Made by a program: the position numbers and the translations under genes. From Patescibacteria group bacterium (GTDB lineage Bacteria; Patescibacteriota; Patescibacteriia; UBA9934; GWF2-40-263), in assembly GCA_018814025.1 (NCBI GenBank), contig JAHJAM010000023.1:1896-65895 (forward strand): a stretch of 64,000 nt of DNA. Reading direction: 5' to 3'. Shown here one piece after another: positions 41,162 through 50,814 of this stretch. Positions within the stretch are counted from its first letter, which is position 1, and every line of letters starts with the position of its first letter. Below the pieces are notes generated by a model. That model was not told where the DNA came from, did not search any database, and saw nothing but the letters and a program-made list of their open reading frames with translations.

Positions 41162-41190
41162 ATAATATCATGTTGAACACTAAATGTCAA
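41162..41190 (-). promoter_or_regulatory. Near-consensus sigma70 promoter
   Basis: TTGACA TTTAGTGTTCAACATGA TATTAT. Confidence 0.75.
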
Positions 41191-41272
41191 CGCTGAAATA
41201 CTAATCTAATATTAGGTAAAAACATCACTGAAAATAAAAAAAGTGTTCAAGAACACAATCCAATCTAAAAAG

Positions 41273-41312
41273 TTATCCACAATTATGTCGAATTATATAC
41301 AAGTTATCCACA
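41273..41312 (+). promoter_or_regulatory. DnaA-box cluster
   Basis: TTATCCACA (41273), TTATATACA (41293), TTATCCACA (41304), same orientation. Confidence 0.7.
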
Positions 41313-41313
41313 A

Positions 41314-42591
41314 TCAATTACATAGCAAAATCTTTGTATCAAATAGGCTATTTCGAATACCCACAGAGGAATAGGCCTCGGTGATCGGAAAAGCAATTTG
41401 CCAGTTTCGTGTATGCAAATTATTAGCCGACAGACCAACCCAGGAATCAACATTCATAAACCCACTCGTTCCACCACAAGGTGCCTCACGAAGAGAATTA
41501 TCCTCGCCGGTTAGCCAGAATCGAACTAACGCTTCTCGATTGCTGATTACCAACCGGCCACGATCATATCCAGAAAATAGATAATGTGTTGGATCAACCA
41601 AAACTCGCGACCATGGCACACCAGCTATCACCAATTCCTCAACCGATATTGCAGCCGGGTCAACCGAAATCTCTTGAGCTGTTGAATTATCAGACAAGAC
41701 GAAATCAGATATTCGCGGAGAATGTAAAGCTGCTGATAATTTGATTAGTTTCTTATGCATTTCCGGGTCATTTTCATCCTGATAACTGCTTATCAAGAAT
41801 CCAACCCCGTCTTCATCGTTTGAAAGCATTACAAGCTCAATGTTTTGTTCGAAAATACGTGTAAAACTAGCTAAATTTTGATCAAATTCTTCTATTAGTG
41901 GATAAACAGGCAAATTTGAATGAACTGAGAAGTTTGTCAAGAATGGCGTTGACATAATTCCAAACACGTCTTCAGGTATTGTTTTCCAAGGCAGTGCTGT
42001 CAAATCCGATTTTGGCAAAGAAATTTCCAAGTTATTTCCATCCCCATATATGTCACCTCTAATTAGAGGGTCATTCAATATCAATATCTGACCCAACAGC
42101 TTTGTTTCAAACATAAATGGAATATTCGGCAGGTTCCACCCCCTTTTGAGTTGAGTTGTGGAAAAAGGCATGATCTGATTGGCAAGAAAAAGATGATTTG
42201 GTCCGATTTCCCGCACGACAATCCCCTGAGCATCCAGTTCATCCCGGGGTAAGGTGTTTAATGACCCTCGAATTCCGACTGACATATTTCCGTCATTTTG
42301 GATATATATTGCCACTTCGCCCTGAGCAAATCCCACCAAGTCCGATATGGTTAAAGATTTTCCGGTTATTAGGGGAATATTGAGCAGGTTCTTCTCAATA
42401 ATAGGCCAAGTATTTCGATCCGGTGCCAGACGAATAATGGCTATGGTTCCATCCGGGACAATCTCGGAGATTGTTTGTCGAGAAAACCACCAAAAAGAGG
42501 CACAGTACGCCAACACTGTTAGCAATAGTGCCAAAAGCAATATCCAAACAACCCGCCGTGAACGGCGGGTTGTTTTATACGAATTACGCAT
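41314..42591 (-). CDS. Hypothetical membrane-anchored exported protein
   Basis: Basic N-region plus TM anchor; AT-richer than neighbours; start uncertain. Confidence 0.7.
   Translation of the reverse strand: MRNSYKTTRRSRRVVWILLLALLLTVLAYCASFWWFSRQTISEIVPDGTIAIIRLAPDRNTWPIIEKNLLNIPLITGKSLTISDLVGFAQGEVAIYIQNDGNMSVGIRGSLNTLPRDELDAQGIVVREIGPNHLFLANQIMPFSTTQLKRGWNLPNIPFMFETKLLGQILILNDPLIRGDIYGDGNNLEISLPKSDLTALPWKTIPEDVFGIMSTPFLTNFSVHSNLPVYPLIEEFDQNLASFTRIFEQNIELVMLSNDEDGVGFLISSYQDENDPEMHKKLIKLSAALHSPRISDFVLSDNSTAQEISVDPAAISVEELVIAGVPWSRVLVDPTHYLFSGYDRGRLVISNREALVRFWLTGEDNSLREAPCGGTSGFMNVDSWVGLSANNLHTRNWQIAFPITEAYSSVGIRNSLFDTKILLCN
42546..42576 (-). terminator. pnp terminator
   Basis: AACAACCCGCCG-TTCA-CGGCGGGTTGTT on the minus strand, then T-rich. 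Confidence 0.7.
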
Positions 42592-42613
42592 TGGAATATT
42601 CAGCTTTTGCACA

Positions 42614-44857
42614 TTATTTTCGGAATGGTTTCTTGAAGCGACTAAATCCTCCCTTTTTGTCATCGCGGTTATAAGGTTTCCGATCTCCACTCGGGGCTGC
42701 ATTAGCCGGCTTTTCCGGATAGACATTGCCCTCGGCTTGTTTCATGGAAAGGTTTACCCGTCCCTTGTCATCGATTTCGATCACCTTAACATTAACCTCA
42801 TCGCCAATTTTTACGATATCAGACACCTTTTCAACTCGCCAAGGAGCCAATTCACTGACGTGAACCATTCCATCCTTTTTTGGCAGGATTTCTACAAACG
42901 CACCAAAGTCCATTAACCGAACGACTTTGCCTTTATAGATTTCACCGACTTCGATATCTTTGACGATTCTTTCCACCCAAGCCTTGGCTTTATCAGCAGC
43001 TTCTCCACCGATTGAAGTAATCATAACCAATCCGCTATCTTCAATATCAATTGATTGTACGCCTGTGGTATCAATAATTTCATTAATCATTTTTCCGCCC
43101 GGACCGATTACTTCACCGATTTTTGCCGGATCAATCTGCACAGTAATAATGCGTGGAGCGTATGGTGACATCTCTGCGCGTGGTTCAGGAATCGTCTTCT
43201 GGATTACATCCAAAATTTCCATTCGCGCCTCGCGTGCTTGTTTGAAAGTTTGTTCCACGATTTCGCGGCTCAAGCCCTCGGTTTTGGTATCCATTTGAAT
43301 TGCAGTGATTCCCTCTCGGCTGCCCGCGATTTTGAAGTCCATGCCGCCTTTGCCGTCTTCCAGATCTTGAATGTCAGTCAGAACTTTCCAATCACCCTTA
43401 TCATTGGTGGCCACGCCCATGGCAATTCCGGCCACCGGCGTCTTAATCGGCACGCCTGCGTCCATCAAAGCCAAGGTCGATCCGCAAGTTGAAGCCATGG
43501 AACTGGATCCATTGGAGCCCATTGTTTCCGAGACCAAGCGGATGGTGTACGGGAAATCTTCTTTGCTTGGAATCATTGGCGCCAAAGCCTTTTCCGCCAA
43601 AGCGCCATGGCCGATATCGCGTCGGCTTGGGCCGCGCATGGGTTTAACTTCTCCTACTGAGTAAGGAGGAAAGTTATAGTGATGGAAAAAGCGCTTGGTG
43701 CCCATGAATTCCATTCCATCCATTGTTTGTTCATCGCCCGGCGCCCCTAAAGTCGTGACAGTTAACACCTGGGTCTCACCGCGCGAGAAAAGTCCGCTGC
43801 CATGCACTCTCGGCAACAATTGAACCTCACCAACCAGTTTTCGGATTTCTGTAATCTTTCGGCCGTCAACTCGTTTATCATTTTCAATAATCTCGCGAGT
43901 TACCTCGTCTTCCAGCACTTCAATCACCGTATCCAGGCCATAGCGCACCTCTTCGGGATCAACCCCTTGTTCTAATAAGAAAGCCTCTGTTCGCTTCTTC
44001 AATTCTGTCTTTTGTTGATAGCGTTCAGTTTTCGTTGCTTGTGGTTGTCCAAAAAACAATTCTTTCACTTGTGCCACAATAAACGGTCGAGCTTTCGCGG
44101 CAATCTCTTCTTTCTTAATAACCAAAGCTTTCTCTTCATCAGTCTTCGGGGCATTTAAGTCAACTTTTTCTTTACCCACTTCTTGACGGATTTTTTCAAT
44201 CAAAGCCACCGGTTCTTTAAGGTTTTCCATGCCGTACCAAAAAGCTTCCAGTACAGTATCTTCCGGAGCTTCATTGGCCCCGGCTTCAACCATGATGATG
44301 TTTTCTGAAGTTCCGGCAAAGGCTAGATCCAAAAGTGATTTTGCACGTTCTTCATAAGTTGGATTGATTATCCAGGCGCCATCAACTTGTCCGATTCGAA
44401 TGTCGGCGATTGGACCGTTCCAAGGGATTTGGCTTATGTGCAAAGCACAGCTCGCTCCAATCAAACCCAGGATGTCTGCATCATTTTCCCCATCAAACGC
44501 CAAGCAAGTCACAATTACTTGCACTTCATTTCGCATGCTTTGGTCGAACAAAGGGCGAATCGCTCGATCGATAAAGCGTGATGTCAAAATCGCCTCATCG
44601 ACGGCTCGGCCTTCGCGTTTCATAAACCGTGAGCCTTTAATGCGGCCGGCCGCGTACATTTTTTCTTCGTAGTCGACCATGAGCGGAAAGAAATCAACTC
44701 CTTCCCGAGCGCTTTCGCTCATTACCACTGTGGCCAAGACCACGGTTTCGCCATACTGCACCAAGCAGGCTCCATGAGCTTGCTCAGCGTACTTGCCTGT
44801 GGAAATGGTCAAAGTTTTGCCACCCCACTGGGTCTCAAATTTCTTGAGTTCTGTCAT
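42614..44857 (-). CDS. pnp: Polynucleotide phosphorylase
   Basis: DFFPLMVDYEEK, RVHGSGLFSRGETQ, SNGSSSMAS, GMDFKIAG, KH and S1 domains. Confidence 0.98.
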   Translation of the reverse strand: MTELKKFETQWGGKTLTISTGKYAEQAHGACLVQYGETVVLATVVMSESAREGVDFFPLMVDYEEKMYAAGRIKGSRFMKREGRAVDEAILTSRFIDRAIRPLFDQSMRNEVQVIVTCLAFDGENDADILGLIGASCALHISQIPWNGPIADIRIGQVDGAWIINPTYEERAKSLLDLAFAGTSENIIMVEAGANEAPEDTVLEAFWYGMENLKEPVALIEKIRQEVGKEKVDLNAPKTDEEKALVIKKEEIAAKARPFIVAQVKELFFGQPQATKTERYQQKTELKKRTEAFLLEQGVDPEEVRYGLDTVIEVLEDEVTREIIENDKRVDGRKITEIRKLVGEVQLLPRVHGSGLFSRGETQVLTVTTLGAPGDEQTMDGMEFMGTKRFFHHYNFPPYSVGEVKPMRGPSRRDIGHGALAEKALAPMIPSKEDFPYTIRLVSETMGSNGSSSMASTCGSTLALMDAGVPIKTPVAGIAMGVATNDKGDWKVLTDIQDLEDGKGGMDFKIAGSREGITAIQMDTKTEGLSREIVEQTFKQAREARMEILDVIQKTIPEPRAEMSPYAPRIITVQIDPAKIGEVIGPGGKMINEIIDTTGVQSIDIEDSGLVMITSIGGEAADKAKAWVERIVKDIEVGEIYKGKVVRLMDFGAFVEILPKKDGMVHVSELAPWRVEKVSDIVKIGDEVNVKVIEIDDKGRVNLSMKQAEGNVYPEKPANAAPSGDRKPYNRDDKKGGFSRFKKPFRK

Positions 44858-44992
44858 ATTTTTGGTCCTGTTGAAGCTCAAGAAGTCGAGATCTCTCTCG
44901 AAATCTTTCTGTCTCAACAGGACAGTTATTAATTAAGTGGCACATAAGTGCCAGATTTAGGTCAGGGATTAATCCCTGACCGGATCTGTTAC

Positions 44993-45553
44993 CTAAAATG
45001 TCATCCGTCTTTCTCTTGCCCCTTTGTTTTTATCACCGCCACCATCAGTTCGGGCGTTGGCTAAAATGTATTTTTTCGGTGCATCAGACAAGTTTGTATA
45101 ATGATCCACGACTTCGACTAATCTTGAAGAAGTGGTTTCGCGAAAGGCCATGACTTCCACGATCCGCCCGCGGTTTCTCACATATTCGACCAGCGGAATG
45201 TAATCCCCGTCCCCGGAAACCAGGACGATCACGTCCAGCATATCCAGCATGCGGATGATATCCACGGTCAGACCCACATCCCAATCCGCTTTTTTCTGGC
45301 CGGATAAATATTCCATCAATTCTTTCTCCTTGGTTTCAATGCCGGCTTTTTGCAAAGCTTCGAAAAAGGGCGATTCTTCATGGGTTTTGGTTCGCACCAC
45401 GTAAGCAATGGCTCGAATTAATCTTCGCTTGCCCACGGCATCAGCTAAGATTCCCTTAAAATTTACCTTGCGCTGAAAAAGGTGTCGCGCACTGTAATAC
45501 ATGTTTTGCGTGTCGATAAATACGCCCACGCGCTGCTCCGGATTCTGTATCAT
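44993..45553 (-). CDS. NYN domain (LabA/DUF88) protein
   Basis: VFIDTQNMY, KADWDV, LVSGDGDY. Confidence 0.9.
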   Translation of the reverse strand: MIQNPEQRVGVFIDTQNMYYSARHLFQRKVNFKGILADAVGKRRLIRAIAYVVRTKTHEESPFFEALQKAGIETKEKELMEYLSGQKKADWDVGLTVDIIRMLDMLDVIVLVSGDGDYIPLVEYVRNRGRIVEVMAFRETTSSRLVEVVDHYTNLSDAPKKYILANARTDGGGDKNKGARERRMTF

Positions 45554-45639
45554 ATTGTTAAAATTAGCGGGAACCGGTCAATCCAGCCCCATGGTTATAA
45601 AAAGTGAAAAGCCCGGCCAATGATAAGCCGAGCTTTCGT

Positions 45640-45903
45640 TTATTTCAATTTAAGCGCTTCTTTAATTTTGTTTGCCGCTTTGGCATCCTCGCGCTCTAAG
45701 TATTTCAGCAATCGGCGTCGCTCATTTACTTTTTTGATTAAGCCGCGCCGAGAAGAATAATCTTTTTTATGCTCCTTCAAGTGCTTGGTCAGCATTTGAA
45801 TTTCGCTGGTCAAAATCGCGATCTGCACTTGGGGCGAACCAGTGTCTGATTCGTGAGTGCGATATTTTTCAATTATCTTCTGCTTCTGTTTGACGTCTAA
45901 CAT
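45640..45903 (-). CDS. rpsO: 30S ribosomal protein S15
   Basis: [32 protein letters not shown]. Confidence 0.97.
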   Translation of the reverse strand: MLDVKQKQKIIEKYRTHESDTGSPQVQIAILTSEIQMLTKHLKEHKKDYSSRRGLIKKVNERRRLLKYLEREDAKAANKIKEALKLK

Positions 45904-46087
45904 AGTTTCATATTTCGTGCGCTGATCCGAGTGCCGGGAGACGAGCCCCAAACCCAGAAAAACGACCTTAATTATGTGCCGAGCTTAACAATCGAACCCC
46001 AATTTGTCAAGTTTTCACCCTCTTTTGACTTCAGTTGGTCCACCTTCTATACTTAAGAACATAATCATCACCATAACTAAAAATATT

Positions 46088-46501
46088 ATGTTTAGTGAAG
46101 GCGGTTCATATCCCGAAGAAGCAAAAATAAAATGGGAACAAAGAAGGGCTGAAGAACAACACCAAAAAGAACTTCAGCAAATAAAAGATAAGTTCGCAGC
46201 CGAAGATGTTCGTGGACAGTTTAAGCAATATGCTGACGAAGCAATGGCCAAGCTTTTTGAAATTCCTGCTATTGCTCAGCGCTTTGATCAAGACCCGGCT
46301 TTCCGTCAAGAAATTGAAGATCTTAAGGCGGCTCTTGTGAGTGCCAAGGATTTTGACCAGGCTAACAAAATCGTCGAATCTTTTTCACCAGAAGCGGGTG
46401 CCGCCATGAAAGATTTCTTGCCGGTTGTTGAGGGCACGGTTATTCATGAACCCATCGATTTGGAATATTCAAAAGATGCTTCGCCTTCACTTGAAAGTTA
46501 A
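46088..46501 (+). CDS. Hypothetical acidic helical protein
   Basis: Open frame followed by a terminator at ~46515-46552. Confidence 0.65.
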   Translation: MFSEGGSYPEEAKIKWEQRRAEEQHQKELQQIKDKFAAEDVRGQFKQYADEAMAKLFEIPAIAQRFDQDPAFRQEIEDLKAALVSAKDFDQANKIVESFSPEAGAAMKDFLPVVEGTVIHEPIDLEYSKDASPSLES

Positions 46502-46560
46502 AAGCAACTTAATAAAAATCCCCCGCTTAGCCGTTTGCTGAGCGGGGGATTTGTGTTTTG

Positions 46561-46944
46561 CTACGAAAGTAGTCTTCTGGTTCGGAGTACCAAACCGACC
46601 TTCCATCGTACTTGATCTCGGCGTTCTTTCGGCCCCTCCAAAGAGGTCTGGCACAAGCCCAAGGCCAAAAGTTCGCGATTATCGAGAAACCCATATTCAT
46701 CAATCGGATCTTTCGGATCCGAGAAAATGCTTTTGAGCACAGCTTCTGGCAAGTAGTCCGGCAGCTCGATTGATTCCAAGGTATGAAAGAAGCTCACTTG
46801 CTGTCCTTCGTCCAGCTCTGACAGGTTGAGCATTTGTATAAAAATCGGATTGCGCATCTCCCAAGTCTCTTTGCATTCATGCAAAAAGCTTTGCGGATTG
46901 CGACGATACCAAGCCGCATCGTGCTGGGACAGGTTAAGGTGCAT
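46561..46944 (-). CDS. Hypothetical orphan protein
   Basis: GGAGGAAAACATG RBS/start; TTGACA-17-TAGATT promoter. Confidence 0.6.
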   Translation of the reverse strand: MHLNLSQHDAAWYRRNPQSFLHECKETWEMRNPIFIQMLNLSELDEGQQVSFFHTLESIELPDYLPEAVLKSIFSDPKDPIDEYGFLDNRELLALGLCQTSLEGPKERRDQVRWKVGLVLRTRRLLS

Positions 46945-47071
46945 GTTTTCCTCCATTGAAGAACAGCGAAATCTATCATTTAATTGCGGTTTTGTCAAGC
47001 CTCTGACCGTCTGGGGCTTGACAAAACCGCCAAAATCAACTACTATCATCAGTTCAATCGTGGAGGAAGAA

Positions 47072-47500
47072 ATGGAAATGGACACCAACCAACCCATTAA
47101 CCTGTTTTCTCACCCCAGGTTCGATCAGAAATTCTTTGGCAAGCTGCACAGCATCTTACAGATCCACAATCCGCTTGAAGGTTGTTGGGCCCAGGCTCCA
47201 GTCGCGGCCGCTCGGATTACGCTCGAGCTGATCGCGGATGCCGAGTTGCCGCCTGAGTGGCTCAAGAATCATCTCACTATCTGGCTTATCGGCCACGGTT
47301 GTGACGTGATTCTGACCATTCAAAACATTGTGGATAAGCGCTGGGGCGAAGATAGGTATTTCCATCTTCAGGTCACAACCTGGCCGACGCACCCCATCTC
47401 TCTGGATCAGTTCCAGGACATCCACCTAGTATCATCCAGCGGCCAATGCTGGTCATCCCCCCTTGCAACTTTACGGATTCAGAAAGTCAGCCACGGCTAA
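47072..47500 (+). CDS. Hypothetical orphan protein
   Basis: GGAGG RBS; TTGACA-17-TACTAT promoter; terminator ~47510-47537. Confidence 0.6.
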   Translation: MEMDTNQPINLFSHPRFDQKFFGKLHSILQIHNPLEGCWAQAPVAAARITLELIADAELPPEWLKNHLTIWLIGHGCDVILTIQNIVDKRWGEDRYFHLQVTTWPTHPISLDQFQDIHLVSSSGQCWSSPLATLRIQKVSHG

Positions 47501-47593
47501 CCGCCTTCCAACCACAGTCTCCGGACTGTGGTTTTTTCTATTATCCTGCCCCAAAATGTGATACATTGTAAGCAATTCTTAATCGAAAATTTT

Positions 47594-48670
47594 ATGTCAA
47601 CCAGTCCAGAAATGCGCGGCTACGTGCCCGAAGCAGCCAAACCTAAAGCCGAGTTTGATGTTCTCAAAGAAGCTCAAGTTGAAAAAGCCGAGAAGCTCAA
47701 GCAATTGGACCAATTCGCGGAGAGATTTGCCAAGCTTCAAGAGCAAGCGGCTCAGATGAGTACCACTTCAGCGAAAGACCGTTTTAACCAACTTCATAAT
47801 CTTGTTGAAAGTTTAGCTGAACAACAAAATGAATTTTTAACCTACGTTCAAAATAAGATCTATCAAGCGGACGAAGGTGGTTTTTACCACGGCGAAGTTC
47901 CAAAAGATCTGCTTTCCCGAATCAATGAGGTCGCTACCGTGAGTCATATTCTCGAAGTCCGGGCCAATGTTGAATATAATGATATGCTGCCCAAAATGCA
48001 GACACTAAGTGAAGCCAGGGAACAGCATCGAGATGAATTAGAAAACATGAATACTGTTGTTGATAAAACATCCGGAGTCAAAGTGGCCGGTGTTCAGCAA
48101 TTTGAAGTCGATCCCAATACTGATTTGGGCAAAACCGCGATAGATGATTTGCGAGCCGATCTTAATACCAGCCAAGGAGAGGTATTTTCTTCTCGATCAA
48201 AAGACCAAGTCATCTCTGAAACCGTCAAACAAGAACCAGAAAATTTTATCCCTACTCAAATCGATACTAAAGTTGATCGTGATGAGCACATTTTTACCAC
48301 CCCAGACATTAATGCCGATACCATCCGCGAAGAACTAATCAAAACCAAGATTGAAGCTCCGAAAACGATCGTTAAAGATGTAAGAACCACCAAAGTCGGA
48401 GGTCCAGGAACCGTGGTTGAAGATCTGCCTTTTGCCAAGCCCGAAGATGTCATTGCTCTGGACCCAGATGTAACCGAAAAGACTATTGTCGAACCGGCCG
48501 CTCAAGATCAAACCGTGGTCGATGATAAAATCGGCGCCAAAGTTTTTGCCAATGAGGTCGAGCGGATTTCCGGCCGGGCTCAAAAGACCCAAGTCGATAC
48601 CCATCCCCTGTCCGAACTGATAGGTGACGAAGAAGTCACCCAAGTCGCCCGTCCGCCCAAGGCCGCATAA
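47594..48670 (+). CDS. Hypothetical acidic protein, coiled-coil N-half
   Basis: Long ORF; recurring T-x-V-D-like units in the C-half. Confidence 0.7.
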   Translation: MSTSPEMRGYVPEAAKPKAEFDVLKEAQVEKAEKLKQLDQFAERFAKLQEQAAQMSTTSAKDRFNQLHNLVESLAEQQNEFLTYVQNKIYQADEGGFYHGEVPKDLLSRINEVATVSHILEVRANVEYNDMLPKMQTLSEAREQHRDELENMNTVVDKTSGVKVAGVQQFEVDPNTDLGKTAIDDLRADLNTSQGEVFSSRSKDQVISETVKQEPENFIPTQIDTKVDRDEHIFTTPDINADTIREELIKTKIEAPKTIVKDVRTTKVGGPGTVVEDLPFAKPEDVIALDPDVTEKTIVEPAAQDQTVVDDKIGAKVFANEVERISGRAQKTQVDTHPLSELIGDEEVTQVARPPKAA

Positions 48671-48673
48671 ACT

Positions 48674-49879
48674 ATGCCTTTTCATCCCTTCACCTCCCAT
48701 CCGTTTTGCCTGCCTCGCCAGGGTCTGTCCCCGGCCAGTCTATTCCCGACCTTGGTGATGAACCGATTGATCGGCTTTTTATCCGGTTCGCTCCTCAACC
48801 TGTTTTTCCCGATTTTTCTCTATCAAATTCTTCACTTCTCCATTCAGTATGTTCTGCTTTGGTATGGCTTGAACTATCTGATCCGAATCCCCTTTTTCGT
48901 GCCCGGCTCAAAATTATTTACTCGTTTCGGTTTGGTGCCGGCCATGGTGGTCGGGACCATCGGCGCTTTTGTCTTTCATTTGTGCGTTTATCTTTTAAGC
49001 GCCGGCGCCACTGAAATCTGGTTTTGGCTTTCCCTGGCCGCCATCGGTTTGGCCTTTAACAATATTTTTTATTGGTCGCCTTTTCACGTTGATTTTGCTC
49101 AGATGACGGTTAAAGATCATCGCGGCCGCCAGATCAGCCGATTTTATGCCATTCACCAGCTGATCAGTTTTATCTCGCCCATCATCAGCGGTTACGTGAT
49201 TGCGGTCTACGGTTTTTCTTTTGTCTTCCTGTTTGCCACGATTTTGCAGATTCTCAGTTTAGCTCCTCTGGCCTATCTGCCCAACTCTTTTGTGAAATAT
49301 GAATTCGGTTACTGGGAAACCCTGCGCAAGCTGGTGAGCAAAAAGTACCGCAACATGTGCTTGGCCATGGCCGCCAATGGCGCGGAAAACTTGGTGGGCG
49401 TGATTATCTGGCCGATTTTTCTTTTCATGATTTTCGACGGCCAATATTTGGATTTAGGAGTTTTTGCTTCCGTTATCATTATGATCAGCCTCATGTTGGA
49501 ATTATTCATTGGCAAAAAAACCGACTCGAAATCCAAAAGAAAGCTTTTGCGGCTCGGGACCGGGATCTATTCTCTGGGTTGGGTGGCCAAGGCCGCGGTT
49601 TCAACCGTGGTTGGGGTTTTTGCCGCCGCCACTTTTCACAGTTTCGGTTCGATTCTTCTGCGCACGCCCTTGGCCGCTGTGATTTATGAACAAGCTGCGG
49701 ACTCCGGCCATTATATTGATGAATACACAGTCCTGCGTGAAATTGGACTGAACATCGGCCGGGTGCTGATGGTTGTTGTGTTGATGTTGCTGATGCACTG
49801 GTTCTCGATTGCTTGGTCGTTTGTCATCGCGGCCGTGGTTTCGCTGGGTATGACCAAAATCGGTCAGCGAGTCAGTTAA
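48674..49879 (+). CDS. MFS-type transporter
   Basis: About 12 TM; HRGRQIS, IGKKTD loop motifs. Confidence 0.8.
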   Translation: MPFHPFTSHPFCLPRQGLSPASLFPTLVMNRLIGFLSGSLLNLFFPIFLYQILHFSIQYVLLWYGLNYLIRIPFFVPGSKLFTRFGLVPAMVVGTIGAFVFHLCVYLLSAGATEIWFWLSLAAIGLAFNNIFYWSPFHVDFAQMTVKDHRGRQISRFYAIHQLISFISPIISGYVIAVYGFSFVFLFATILQILSLAPLAYLPNSFVKYEFGYWETLRKLVSKKYRNMCLAMAANGAENLVGVIIWPIFLFMIFDGQYLDLGVFASVIIMISLMLELFIGKKTDSKSKRKLLRLGTGIYSLGWVAKAAVSTVVGVFAAATFHSFGSILLRTPLAAVIYEQAADSGHYIDEYTVLREIGLNIGRVLMVVVLMLLMHWFSIAWSFVIAAVVSLGMTKIGQRVS

Positions 49880-49928
49880 CAGCAAAACAAAAACACCCCG
49901 ACCAGCGTCGGGGTGTTTTATTTTTTGA

Positions 49929-50708
49929 TTACGCGCCCAGCAAGCTGTCAATAATCTGTTTGACTGATTCGTATGGCAGCGCGCCGCGGATCGGTACTGC
50001 TCCGCCGTCCGCGCCAATCACGAATGATCCCGGAGTGCCTTCCACCCCGGCCGCGGCTCCGCCCTGGGCTTGGGTTCTGATTTTCGCGATATATTTTTCG
50101 CTTTCCAAGCAATCATTAAACTGGGTCATTTTCAGGCCAAGTTTGGTTGCGGTCTGTTTAAAGAAGTCCATGCCCAATGATTCTTGATCCCCGAACATAA
50201 TGCTGATGAATTCGTAAAATTTTCCCTGTTCACCCGCGCATTCGGCCGCGTTGGCCGCTGGTTCGGCCTGGGGGTGAAAAGATAATGGAAAGTGGCGGAA
50301 CACCCAGCGCACTTGGCCCGGATATTCATTAACTGTCTGCTGAGCATTCGGGTGGAATCTCTCACAGAAAGGGCATTCAATATCTGAGTATTCAATCACG
50401 GTAATCGGCGCATTGGGGTCGCCTAAAATATAATCATCCTCGGTCACGATCGGGATGCCGGCCGGTTGAGTATCCACCGTGTCAGCGGGGTCATTAACCA
50501 CAATCGGGTTATTATCCGCGGCCTGGCCTGGCAGCGCACAGCCACCCTTGAGCAGACAGCTGCCCAAAATAATAAATCCAATGGTTCCCAACACTAGAAT
50601 CGCGGCTATGAATCCACCGATAAACGCGGTTTTCGGAGGCATGGTTTCCAAAAACGATGGTTTTGGTTTGGTTGGAACCGGATGGGGAGTGTATGAAGGC
50701 ATGTCCAT
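49929..50708 (-). CDS. DsbA-family thioredoxin-fold protein
   Basis: EYSDIECPFC, FRHFPL.FH, AAECAGEQGKF, GVEGTP. Confidence 0.92.
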   Translation of the reverse strand: MDMPSYTPHPVPTKPKPSFLETMPPKTAFIGGFIAAILVLGTIGFIILGSCLLKGGCALPGQAADNNPIVVNDPADTVDTQPAGIPIVTEDDYILGDPNAPITVIEYSDIECPFCERFHPNAQQTVNEYPGQVRWVFRHFPLSFHPQAEPAANAAECAGEQGKFYEFISIMFGDQESLGMDFFKQTATKLGLKMTQFNDCLESEKYIAKIRTQAQGGAAAGVEGTPGSFVIGADGGAVPIRGALPYESVKQIIDSLLGA

Positions 50709-50814
50709 AAAAATTATTTTCAAAAGTTAGTATAAGTGGATTTATCCTACCGTTGATTCCGGATTTTGACAACCGGATGCAAATCTTTGTGTTGTGTCGT
50801 ATAATATAGATGAT

